Shown here one piece after another: positions 10,020 through 19,883 of a stretch of DNA of 20,000 nucleotides (the first letter of the stretch is position 1; each line of letters starts with the position of its first letter). Both the position numbers and the translations under genes were made by a program. The stretch spans positions 17,097,292-17,117,291 of the forward strand of contig NC_057719.1 in NCBI RefSeq assembly GCF_004010195.1. Reading direction: 5' to 3'. Under the pieces are notes generated by a model. That model did not search any database. It was not told the origin of the DNA and saw only the letters and a list, made by a program, of their open reading frames with translations. The DNA comes from Chiloscyllium plagiosum (lineage: Eukaryota).

Positions 10020-10714
10020 AGGAGCCTCTAGCCTAGTGGTATTATTGCTAGACTGTTAATCCGGAGACCCAGGTAATGTTCTGTGCACCCAGGTTCAATT
10101 CCCACCATGACAGGGTTTTCTTTTATTATTTATCATTTATCAGATGAGGACTTTGCTGGCTAAGCCAACATTTATTGCCCATACTTAATTTCCGAGACAG
10201 CCATTTAGAGTCATACACATGGTTGTGGGTCTGGACTCACACATAGGCCAGACCAGGTAATGATGGCAGTTTTGTTCCCTAAAGGAAATCAGTGAACCAG
10301 ATGGTTTTTTCCAACAATTGACAAATGCCATTAGTAAATTCTCAATTCCAGGTTATTATTGGGTTAATGATCCAATACATGTCATGGCAGGATTTGAACA
10401 TGGATCCCGAGAACATCACCTGGGTCTCTGGATTAACAGTCCAGTTATAATACCACTGGGCCATTGTCTCACAGATTCAATTTTAAAAATCTGGAATTAA
10501 AAATCTAATGATGACTATGAATCCATTGTTGATTCTGAGGAAAACTCCATCTAGTTCACTTCTGTTCTTTGGCAAAGGAACCTGCAATCCTACATGTGAC
10601 TCCAGACCCACAGAAATGTGGCTGCCTTTTAACTGCCCTTGGGCAATTACAGATGGGCATTAAATGCCAGCCTAATCAGGTGATGCACTCATCCCTTGAA
10701 TGAATATTAAAAAA
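10020..10714 (+). mobile_element. SacSINE1/DeuSINE-like SINE split by a nested antisense copy (host parts about 10020-10113 and 10471-10714)
   Basis: tRNA-like head tagcctagtgg...ggttcaattccc; body aaatctggaatt...catctagttcact...acatgtgactccagacccacag; tail gggcattaaatgc...tgaatgaata. Confidence 0.75.
10114..10470 (-). mobile_element. Nested SacSINE1/DeuSINE-like SINE, antisense
   Basis: Its reverse complement matches both the host SINE and the 12238-12763 copy (head tggcccagtggtattataactggactgttaatccagagacccagg). Confidence 0.75.
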
Positions 10715-11372
10715 GGCCCGTTGGCAGTTTTTGAACAGGACACTAGCTGGGCATTCCACTCCCACCAAGCCTGCTCCCTGCTGACCTGTGGATTTTCAGG
10801 CTGAGAAGGGGGATTTTGTCTCTGGAAAGAAGACCCTCAAGATGTCAGGCCATGGGACCCCGCAAAAACCTCCTGGACAATGGGATCCATTATGCAGTGG
10901 TGACCCTTCATCAAAAGAGGAGCTCACTGTAGTGCAGCAAGAGGGAGAGAAGAAGGAAGTTATACCGCGGGCACATTCAGGACGTGGCTGACAATATTAA
11001 GTCAATTATTTGTTGTCTTCCTAGCCACTTGTTGGTCATCAGTCACGTGGTTGTCTGTGTTTTAGTGTAGCACCTAAATGCTTCATTAGGTCCTGTGGCA
11101 TCGCCGTCTGGGCAGTAACAGGGCACACTGACTAAGGGTCTGTGATGACCGATAAAACATCATGTGGCAGCTGGGGGTACATGGTTTATACTCGATGGAT
11201 GAGGGAGAACCTAATTTAAATGTACAGAATACTGAATGGCCTGGACAGAGTGGATGTTGGGAAGATGTTTCCATGGTAGGAAGGACTAAGACCCAAGGGA
11301 ATGATCTTAGAGTAAAGGGAAGACATTTTAGAACAGATATAAGGAGAAACTTATTCAACCAGAGAGTGGTGA

Positions 11373-11760
11373 AGTTGGATGTAGGTTTGCTCGCTGAGCT
11401 GGAAGGTTCAGTTTCAGACGTTTCATCACCATACTAGGTAACATCATCAGTGAGCCTCTGGATGAAGCACTGGTGGTATGGACCACTTTTTATTTATGTG
11501 TTTAGGTTTCCTTGGGTTGGGGAAGTCATTTCCTGTGATGTCATTTCCTGTAGTGATGTCATTTCTTGTTCTTTTTCTCAGGGGGAGGTAAATGGGATCC
11601 AAGTCAATATGTTTGTTAGAGTTCTGATTGGAATGCCGTGCTTTGAGAAATTCTCGTGTGTGTCTCTGGCTTGTCCTAGGATGGATATGTTGTCCAGTTG
11701 AAGTGGTGTCCTTCTTCATGTGTATGTAAAGAAACTAGTGAGAGTAGGTCACTTTTTGTT
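11373..11760 (-). mobile_element. 3' end of a third PLE family (Poseidon/Penelope-like): GIY-YIG C-terminus, 3' UTR and hammerhead
   Basis: Frameshifted minus translation EGHHFNW..SILGQA..RHTREFLKARHSNQNSNKHIDLDPIY, matching the PLE endonuclease C-terminus. Short tandem gtcatttcctg repeats at 11525-11570. Hammerhead motif present. Confidence 0.8.
11414..11453 (-). ncRNA. Minimal type-I hammerhead ribozyme motif
   Basis: The minus strand reads tca-ctgatga-t-gttacc tagtat ggtgat-gaaacgtc-tga: intact cores, 6-bp stem II with wobbles, palindromic ACGU and a GUC triplet. Confidence 0.75.
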
Positions 11761-12237
11761 CATGTACATGAACATCAACTAGCCATTGAGCAGACTTGAG
11801 GGGCTGAATGGCCTAATTTCTGCTCCTATGTCTTATGGTCATATGGACTTAGTCTGATACCATCACCCTATGCTCCTCCCAGCCAACCCACAGCACAAAG
11901 CCTACCCTCTGACTGACCTTTATGGAGACCAATGACTGACCGTGACTCATTACCTCATGCACGGTGTTCCTGTGTAACTCCACCCCAACCGAACTCCTTA
12001 CAATGACTAAAACCAAGGCCAGGTATGTGAGGCTGCCGTTGACTAACAGTGCTGACTCACCTCTGACTGAAGATATACCTATGAACCTCACTGCAGACTA
12101 CTTCCCTTAGACTATCAGACAGGTTACAGCAGGTTTGGTGATGAATACTCCTGCAACATGATCTAGGCCTGGCATTCTGACACACGGTGAAAGGTACATC
12201 CCTTTGAACTGAGGGCTGCTGCACAGACTGCCACCAT

Positions 12238-12763
12238 TTTTTTTATTGTTCATTCATGGGATGAGGCCAGCATTTATTGTCCATCCCTAATTGCCAGAGT
12301 CAGCCACATTGCTATGGGTCTGGAGTTACATGTAGCCTAGGAGAAAGTGAGAACTGCAGATGCTGGAGATCAGAGCTGAAAAATGTGTTGCTGGAAAAGC
12401 GCAGCAGGTCAGGCAGCATCCAAGGAGCAGGGGAATCAATGTTTCGGGCATAAGCCCTTCTTCAGGAGTGCATTCCTGAAGAAGGGCTTATGCCCGAAAC
12501 ATCGATTCTCCTGCTCCTTGGATGCTGCCTGACCTGTTACATGTAGCCTAGACCAGGTAAGGATGGTAATTCCCTTCCCTAAAGTGAACCAGATGGGTTT
12601 TTCCAACAATGGGTTCATGGTCATCAACAGACTCCTCGTTCCAGATTTTTATTCACTTACAATTCCACCATCTGCCATGGTGGGGTTTGAACCTGGGTCC
12701 CAGGAGCATTACCTGGATTGCTGGATTAACAGTCCAGTGATAATACCACCAGGCCATTGCCTT
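12238..12763 (-). mobile_element. SacSINE1/DeuSINE-like SINE interrupted by a fold-back PLE insertion
   Basis: Minus-strand head aggcaatggcctggtggtattatcactggactgttaatccag...ggttcaaacccc; tail gacaataaatgctggcct...cccatgaatgaacaataaa. Confidence 0.8.
12341..12535 (-). mobile_element. Fold-back PLE pseudo-LTR insertion with hammerhead cores on both strands
   Basis: TSD gttacatgtagcctag at 12325-12340 and 12536-12551. Spacer-less near-palindrome centred at 12470/12471 (ttcaggagtg|cattcctgaa). Confidence 0.9.
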
Positions 12764-13491
12764 CCCTACAGCAAGGCGTGGCAGGGTAAGGAAAGGTATG
12801 TAAGCCGAGGGCATGGCAGTAAGCACCAAGTGAACACACACAGGAAGTGCAAGGGAACAGCCGTGATAGGCCACCTATTGCAAGCCGCAGACAATGTACC
12901 TGTCTCTGTGTGTGGTAAGTACATGATGCTGGTTGCTAGCGCACTGCTGGTACTTTTAGAGAGAGGCTGGAATGGTGGTGATTACTCCCTGAAAGTCTAG
13001 TGCCAGTATCTGTGGTGGAAGGATAAATTGTGGCTGGGGCTGGTGGATCATGGCCTGGTTTGCATTTTGCCTGTGGGCAAGGTGGAGGTCACTTGAGGGG
13101 GCGGGGAGGGGCTAGTTGAAACCACCATACGTCCACTCAGGTTTTCACATTGAGTTTTCCCGATTGCTGGTTTGTTGGGAGGGCTCAGTAAGATTTCAAC
13201 AGGAGAGCCATCTGAAGGACCTTGACCAATGTTAATCACCATCAATTGGTGACTCACCACTGCCCAGTGAGAATCTTGCCACACCGCTAGAGAAAAACGA
13301 ACAAGACGTGGTGAAGTGATCTCAACATCAAGGTGGGTCTCGCCAGATGTATGTCCCAATTCTGCCAGACATGTTGCCATAGCCCATGTCGCCCGGAACC
13401 CTGGAAGGTTCCGCCTTCCACGTGTGAATGATCAGCTTTAAGTCTTGGTCCACCATTCTGTCAGTTTTTCTCACTCTATGATAATGCCTGT

Positions 13492-14233
13492 TGTTATGGA
13501 CCAGGCTAGGCTCCTCAAAATATTTCAACAAAGTAGCCCAGACCCTAACTTTGTTTGTTGTTTTAAGCAAGTGTAAGGTGGATGTTCCAGGAGAGGATCA
13601 GCTGGTCAAACCACTTAATTTTAAACAAAACAGAATTTATTTACAAGATTACTGAATGAAACACAAACAACAGAATACTGAATAATTTCATCTTTCCAAC
13701 AACCGAACAGATCGCCCCCACCTTAACGATGCTGTTTCTAATACTTTCAACAATCCCCATGAACACCCCTTGGCACAAAAGTTAAAATCAAACACAGGGT
13801 CTTCCAGGTGAGAAGTCAGAGAGAGAGGACCAGCCTGGACCTGCTGCTTTGGGTCCAGCAGCTTTTCCCCACTACTGCCAAAAGCCAAGCCAAACCAGAG
13901 AAAAGCTGAGCTGGGAGAACTGATGAAGAACATATGCCCGAAACATCGATTCTCCTGCTCCTCGGATGCTGCCTGATCTGTTGTACTTTTCCAGCAACAC
14001 TCTCTTCAACTCTGATCTCCAAGCTGGGAGAACTGGCCGCTCGCTTTTCATTGTACAAGTGACTTTTTTTTAAACTTGAAAGCCTTCTGCCTGAGGCAGT
14101 ATTTGTTATCTATTATCAAATTAGCCCTAAACCCCTTCAACCCAGTCTTTTCAGAGTCTGTGCCATTTTACGATCTCTCTGAAAAGAAAACCCAAGTACA
14201 AGATAATGTGGTTAATGGAGCAGTTTTGTCACA
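13492..14233. mobile_element. Probable solo LTR (Gypsy-like)
   Basis: Begins TGTTAT and ends GTCACA (TG...CA). Flanked by ctgt (13488-13491) and ccgt (14234-14237), a 4-bp TSD with one CpG-type mismatch. About 630 bp after removing the nested PLE tail. AATAAA on the minus strand near 13637. Confidence 0.55.
13923..14021 (+). mobile_element. Short PLE tail insertion starting in the hammerhead core
   Basis: TSD agctgggagaactg at 13909-13922 and 14022-14035. The insert (ctg)atgaagaacatatgcccgaaacatcgattctcctgctcc...ctgatctcca matches the family. Confidence 0.85.
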
Positions 14234-15928
14234 CCGTCTACTAATGAAAATCTATGGCAGTCTCGCTGCCGACATGATCTTGACTTCTTGTTTACTGACG
14301 TTGTCTTATCCGAAGCAAAGAGAAAGCAACACAAGGTGGGGGGTGAGGGGAGATGGTGGAGTGTGGTTGGGAGAGTATGGCGTAGTTGTGGTGATGGGTG
14401 TTGTAGGTTGGCGTTATAGATGAGAGTGATCAGAAATCGGGTGATGGGGGTGGGGTGCAACATCCGAATCACCTCACAAAGCTGTGTTGTGAACCGGAGT
14501 TCTGCCACAATCCTATGGCCTCAGGTCAGTCAGCCTACACATTACAGCACGTCCCGTCCGAACAGCCGGAACAATTCCAACTCAGTCAAGTCTCCTGGTG
14601 CAAAGCCAAGGTCCATAAAGGGTTAAGCTGGGATTGCCATCCAGTGAGACTCAGAGGCACAGCTGCTGGGAGAATCTATCTGCACCACCGCCGCTAAGCC
14701 ACCATCTCCCTTCCCCACCCACACTGCCTCACAAACCACCCCCTCCAACCCTCCCCTCTCCCACATGCACTCCCATCTCCAACACCCACAACCCCCACCA
14801 TCCCTTCAAAGCATTCAAGTCGCAGCCTGGAATGAAAGAGTGCCGGAGTCTTGTTTTAATTTGAGTTTAGAGAAAGACGGCATTCAGCAGCATATTGTTG
14901 AAGCATGCAGCAGTGGTGACACTGAGCATACTTCAAGGCTTCAGATTGGACGGTGGTCATTGCTGCCTGACGCCTTATCAGGGACTTAATTTCACCGCAA
15001 ATCCTCTGGAGTGCAGCTTCATCTTCTGAGCCCATGCCAAGTGAATTCTCATCTTCCCACTTGTCTGCAGGCTGTTTGGAGGTTCTAATGCGGCTGGCTT
15101 GATGCTATTAATCCTGCTTCAAGTTGATACATGCAAATGCTGATGGAAAAAAAACACAGAAAGGGAAATAAAAACAAAACAGAAAGAGAGCATCCAAGTG
15201 GCGACCACAAGTCGTACTGCCATGGGAACTCTCCTAATTGAAACCTAAACTACCCCTTTATCGTCAGTACAAAAAAAGGATTTATAACACACCCTTATGT
15301 CTCAACATCTCCTCCTCATAAAAACAATGATTTACCCAAAACAGACAGTAAATTATTGCAAGGCCTCATTCCTTAACAGCCTCTCCCATGCTAAGAAACC
15401 CAGTAGCCTTCCTAATTAACTCGTTTGACTGAGCGTCGTAAAAGCAATTGAATTTATTTACTTTATTTGAATTTTGTTTTTTTTTTAACAAGGCGAATCC
15501 AAGGCGAGTGCAGCCAGTTGCCTGGTGACCTGACCCAGCTAGATCTGTCTGAATCAGAAGGAAAATTAAACGACTGAAGGGGGAAGATTATGAAGCTGCT
15601 GTTTGCTGTTCTAGACCACAGAGTGAACTGCGGCAGTAATATAATCAAACTGTTGCCATCAAGAACTAGAAGCACAGAGGTGCGATACCTGAATGTTATA
15701 GAATTGTACGCTCACTGTGAATATTGTGCACTCCCCGTGTCAAGTTTAAAGGCTATATGATTTCTCAGTAGATTAGTTGGCTCCACGCAACTTATTAATA
15801 TCTATATCCCTGTTCAGTTCAGTCAGCATATGCAGCTCCCTGTATTATCTCCTCTTAAGACAGTTGACTATGCATTTGGGAGCTGTATTTTGTAATGGAG
15901 TCCCTGTTATAATGATGTTGCCTTACAG

Positions 15929-16010
15929 GGCTTCTTTATTACGTTGGCAGCTTCCAACTATGAAAACTACATCCACATTCATGTTATCTCAGAGAATATT
16001 GAAAAGCTTG
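15929..16010 (+). CDS. Candidate internal coding exon (GFFITLAASNYENYIHIHVISENIEKL in phase 0)
   Basis: Acceptor ttgccttacag ends at 15928 and donor gtatgt starts at 16011. 82 bp in repeat-free DNA, phase-compatible with 1961-2061. A second frame is also open. The protein was not recognised. Confidence 0.4.
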
Positions 16011-16239
16011 GTATGTTCATGTCATTTTTTTTTCCCCAGATTTCTCAGTTAATGAGAGAGTCGCATATCAGGAATGACTGCCTTGCTTAGGCTTTTGGCC
16101 CGGTGTGAAAAATAATTTTGAGTCCAGGCCAAAAGGAATATTGCCTAATAATAGCCAATGGTCACCATGGTGTACAATAACAGCAATTGTGCTAATTTGC
16201 ATATGACAGGAATGCACATATTAAACATCTGAATATGCA

Positions 16240-16480
16240 AACAAGGAACAAGAGAAGGCCACTCAGCATTTTGAGCCTGTCTGGCCATTCGGTAAGGTGA
16301 TGGATGATCGGATTTTAAACTCATTCCTGCATACCCTCCAATAATCTTTCATCCCCTTGGTAATCAAGAATCTATTGACATCTGCCTTAAAAATATTTAA
16401 ATATTCCGACCTGCCACCTTGTGACGAAGGGAATTCCAAAGACCTCTAAGAGAAAAGAAGATGAAGGATCACCCTTATAT
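16240..16480 (-). mobile_element. Old CR1-like LINE 3' end fragment
   Basis: aggccactcagc...gagcctgtctggccattc...aagaatctat...gccttaaaaatatttaa...gaattccaaaga follows the layout of an antisense CR1 3' end. Highly diverged. Confidence 0.5.
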
Positions 16481-16833
16481 GGTATGACAACAAACTTTGA
16501 GTTGGATCAGGATCCCAAAAGTTAAGGAGTACGGCTCATTCTGTGAGAATGCACGTTTCCTCAGCGTGAATTCTGTGCAATGTGATTGACGAACTGGGGA
16601 GGCTACTTGTACAGCTTGAACTTATAAAATGTGTGTTAGCTGTAACTACATTGCCAATATGTTAAGCATTGTTTCCAAAGCCCAATTTCTCTATAACGTC
16701 AGGCTGCGCTAGAACACAACCAATGTGTTATAGAAGAACTGATTGGATATAAATATGATTAAAACGGGTTGTCTAATGGGACGATGTACATTAGTGCAAC
16801 AAAATAAAATCCACCATATGTGGAGAAAGAAAC

Positions 16834-17534
16834 GTGAGGAGCAGTAGACTACGATGGAAGATAAATGAGGAGATGGAGTGGTTGGACATAGAGCAACCCT
16901 CTATTTGGCTGAATGATCATCTATTAGGATTGATTCACAAGCAAGGCCATGTATCCACGTGCCCCTGTCTGTTGATGGAGGCAGTGCTGATGAATAATTA
17001 ACAAACTAAACAAGTGGGGTAATTATTTCAGACTGTTTTGAAGTCCTGAGCCTGCCCCTGAAATGAAGCAGGCATTAGAAAACCCCATCAGCCCACTAAA
17101 TTACACTGATCCTCCAAAGAGCATCCCACCCAAACCCAACACCCTAGGTATTTCCCATGGCTAATCCACCTAGCCTGCACACTATGGTAATTTAGCATGG
17201 CCAATCCAACTGAGCTGCACATTTTGGAGTGTGGGAGGAAATCAGAGCACCCAGCAAAAACCTACATGGGGAGAACATGCAAACTCCACATAAACAATTA
17301 TCCAAGGCTGGAATCGAACCCAGGTCTCTGGTGCTGTGAGGGAGCAGTGCTTACCAGTTAGCCAGCCACAGTGGGATTAAATGAAATTTTTACTAAGTGT
17401 CCCCTTCACTTGGGATGGTGGGTAGGCTCTCAAAGAACGATGGCTTATCTGAGGTCTCCCGGCATGTGAGGAGTAGTAGACTGCAATGGAAGGTAAATGA
17501 GGAGATGAAGTTGTTGGACATAGAGCTCCCCTCT
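16834..17534 (+). repeat. Dispersed 69-bp direct repeat pair (16834-16902 and 17466-17534)
   Basis: Ungapped alignment by eye, 61/69 identical. Confidence 0.85.
17100..17370 (-). mobile_element. Diverged HE1-like V-SINE
   Basis: atttagcatggccaatcca...ctgcacattttggagtgtgggaggaaatcagagcaccc...caaactccaca...ggaatcgaacccaggtctctggtgctgtgag is colinear with 9243-9566. Confidence 0.8.
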
Positions 17535-18398
17535 CACCAAACATTTTAAATAAAGTGTGGAGACAATAGCCAGGCCTTCAACATGGATTGAAATGGTGGA
17601 ATCCCTTTTCAGAGTGGTTAATTCTTGCTCTTCCACCCAGGTGGGCACGGATACCCTGCTGGATCTCTGAGGGTTTGCTAATCTGCCCATCTCCTGTCAC
17701 CTAAACTGCCCCTGGAGATCAGCTAGAAAATCACAGTTGTCCTTCTATGATTGATCTTAAACCGTCCTATGACAAGCTTAATCAGCTAACCACCATGGAA
17801 GAGGTTACTTGCCTTTGCAAGTCTTTGTTCACCCCAGTCCAACACCGGCATCTTCACACATACAGCCTGCTCTGGGAAATGGGTATGACAGGAGGCATGG
17901 GTATTTTCAGGTTATGGCCACCTTTTTGCATGTGAGTCCCTTAGCTCTATTTTGTTTCTCTCCTTGGATGCTGGCTGACCAGCCTGTGTTTACATCATTG
18001 TCTGTCTTTATCTCAGATTTCTGGCATCTGTGGTTATTTCTACCGGGCTGTGTTCAAAACCCTGCAGGTAATGGGGAGATGGGATCTCTGATGGTTTCAT
18101 TTTTATTCCTCCGGCAAACTCGGAGCCACTTCTCTGTGGAAACGCTAAACACCAGTGTTTCTAGCTTAACTCGGAGACCAATAATGTGTCCCAGCCACAT
18201 GTGGCATTCAATCAAATACTTCCGGACAATGAAGTTTGTTGTCAGTAACAAAATACCAATCCTAATACTGTAGCTGATTGTAATTAATGTACTCCATAAG
18301 GAATCTAAGTGGCATGGCAACCTCTGAGGAGGGATTCCAAAATTGCTTGTATGTTTATAGTTATCTGTGAGGATTTAAAAGAGGTGTCTAACATCATT

Positions 18399-18725
18399 GT
18401 GGGCGGCACGGTGGCACAGTGGTTAGCACTGCTGCCTCACAGCGCCAGAGACCCGGGTTCAATTCCCGCCTCAGGCGACTGACTGTGTGGAGTTTGCACG
18501 TTCTCCCCGTGTCTGCGTGGGTTTCCTCCGGGTACTCCGGTTTCCTCCCTCAGTCCAAAAATGTGCAGGTCAGGTGCATTGGCCATGCTAAATTGCCCGT
18601 AGTGTTAGGTAGGAGGTAAATGTAAGGGTATGGGTGGGTTGCGCTTCGGCGGGTCGGTGTGGACTTGTTGGGCCGAAGGGCCTGTTTCCACAGTGTAATC
18701 TAATCTAATCTAATCTAATCTAATC
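18399..18725 (+). mobile_element. HE1 SINE (tRNA-derived V-SINE), full length, young
   Basis: A box tggcacagtgg, B box ggttcaattccc, V-domain, CR1-like 3' end ttgggccgaagggcctgtttcca, (taatc)6 tail; CpGs retained. Confidence 0.95.
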
Positions 18726-18749
18726 AGTGACAAGCATTAAAAAAAGAGA

Positions 18750-19640
18750 CAGTGTCACTGGACGAGTACTCCAGAGGCCTACACTAGAGTCACATTTATA
18801 GAGTCATAGAGATGTACCGCACAGAAAAGACTCTTTGGTCCAACCCATCCATATCGACCAGATATCCTAAATAATCTAGTCCCATTCGCCAGCATCTGGC
18901 CCATATCCCTCTAAACCCTTCCTTTTCATCTATCCATCCAGATGCTTTTTAAATGTTGTAATTGTACCGGCCTCCACCACTTCCTCTGGCAGCTCATTCC
19001 ATACACACACCACCCTCCATAAAAAAGTTGCCCCTTAGGTCTCTTTCATATCTTTCCCCTCTCACCCTAAACCTATGCCCTCTAGTTCTGGACTCCCCCA
19101 CCTCAGGGTAAAGATTTTGTCTATTTATCTTATCCATGTCCCTTATAATTTTGTAAACCTCTATAAGGTCACCCCTCTACTTCCGACACTCCAGGGAAAA
19201 CAGCCCCAGCCTGTTCAGCTCTCCCTATAGCTCAAGTCCTCCAACCTGGCAGCATCCTTGTGAATCTTTTCTGAACGTTTTGAAGTTTCACAACATCCTT
19301 CCTATAGCAGGGAGACCAATGGGGATCAAACCCCAATGTCACACTGTTAAGAGTTGAATGAATAAATCTGGAATTAATTAAAACAAAATTAGTCTTAGTA
19401 ATGGTGACTATGCATGTCCATTCAATGTGCGAACCCATCTGGTTCAATAATGAATTTTATGAAAGGAACTCTGGAATTGTTATCTGATCTGGCCCTCCAG
19501 GTTGACTGCAGACCCAGTGCAATCTGGCTGACTCTTAACTGTCCTCTGCAATGGTCAAGAAGCCACACCGTTCAATGGCAATTAGGGACAGGCAATAAGT
19601 ACCGCACTTAAATATGACATCCGATGAAAGAATAAGACAT
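18750..19640 (+). mobile_element. Diverged SacSINE1/DeuSINE-like SINE split by a CR1 fragment (parts about 18750-18790 and 19320-19640)
   Basis: gtcactggacgagtactccagagg, then aataaatctggaatt...taatggtgactatg...cccatctggttca...gactgcagaccca...ggctgactcttaactgtcctctg...ggcaattagggacaggcaataa. Confidence 0.65.
18800..19318 (-). mobile_element. CR1 3' fragment of about 520 bp (same family as the 3011 and 7088 copies)
   Basis: Tail agagtcatagagatgtac; colinear with 3011-3520; translation WSPCYRKDVVKLQNVQKRFTRMLPG. Confidence 0.92.
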
Positions 19641-19664
19641 TAAAAAAAGGTTGTTGACATCCTC

Positions 19665-19878
19665 AAATTTTGTGTGTGGTTTTGGTCTCCTTTTCTGAGG
19701 AAGGATGCCCTTGCTCTTGAGGGAGTGCAGTGAGTGCAGCCAGGCTAAGTCCGGGGATGGCAGAACTGACACATGAGGAGAGATTGACTGGGTTAGGATT
19801 GTTTTCGCTGGACTTCCGATGAGTGTGGGAGTATCTCAGAGACTTATCACATTCTAACAGGACTAAACAGGGTAAATC
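19665..19878 (+). mobile_element. Diverged CR1 RT C-terminal fragment
   Basis: FWSPFLRKDALALEGVQ, PGMAELTHEERLTGLGLFSLD and ETYHILTGLNRVN-like translations. Confidence 0.75.
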
Positions 19879-19883
19879 TTTGA

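Larger units (their letters stand above)
11180..11845 (+). mobile_element. CR1 3' fragment (RT C-terminus and 3' UTR) interrupted by a PLE
   Basis: MYRILNGLDRVDVGKMF / KTQGNDLRVKGRHFRTDIRRNLFNQRVV up to 11371. CR1-type 3' end gggctgaatggcctaatttctgctcctatgtcttatg at about 11800-11837. Confidence 0.75.

Noticed and set aside
15493..15679. Exon-like segment with a single in-frame TGA (possible selenocysteine or readthrough)
   Set aside because: Weak donor (gtgcga), no homology recognised and no SECIS evidence. A stop-containing non-coding segment is the simpler explanation.
16675..16745. Possible MITE end (ttctctataac...gttatagaagaactg)
   Set aside because: No matching opposite terminus or TSD could be identified with confidence.
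18401..18475. tRNA gene-like sequence (also 9490-9560 on the minus strand)
   Set aside because: These are the tRNA-derived heads of HE1 SINEs, continuous with the SINE body and tail.
18696..18725. (taatc)n and (ttaga)n arrays as telomere-like or CRISPR-like repeats
   Set aside because: They are HE1 SINE tails. They are not TTAGGG and have no spacers.
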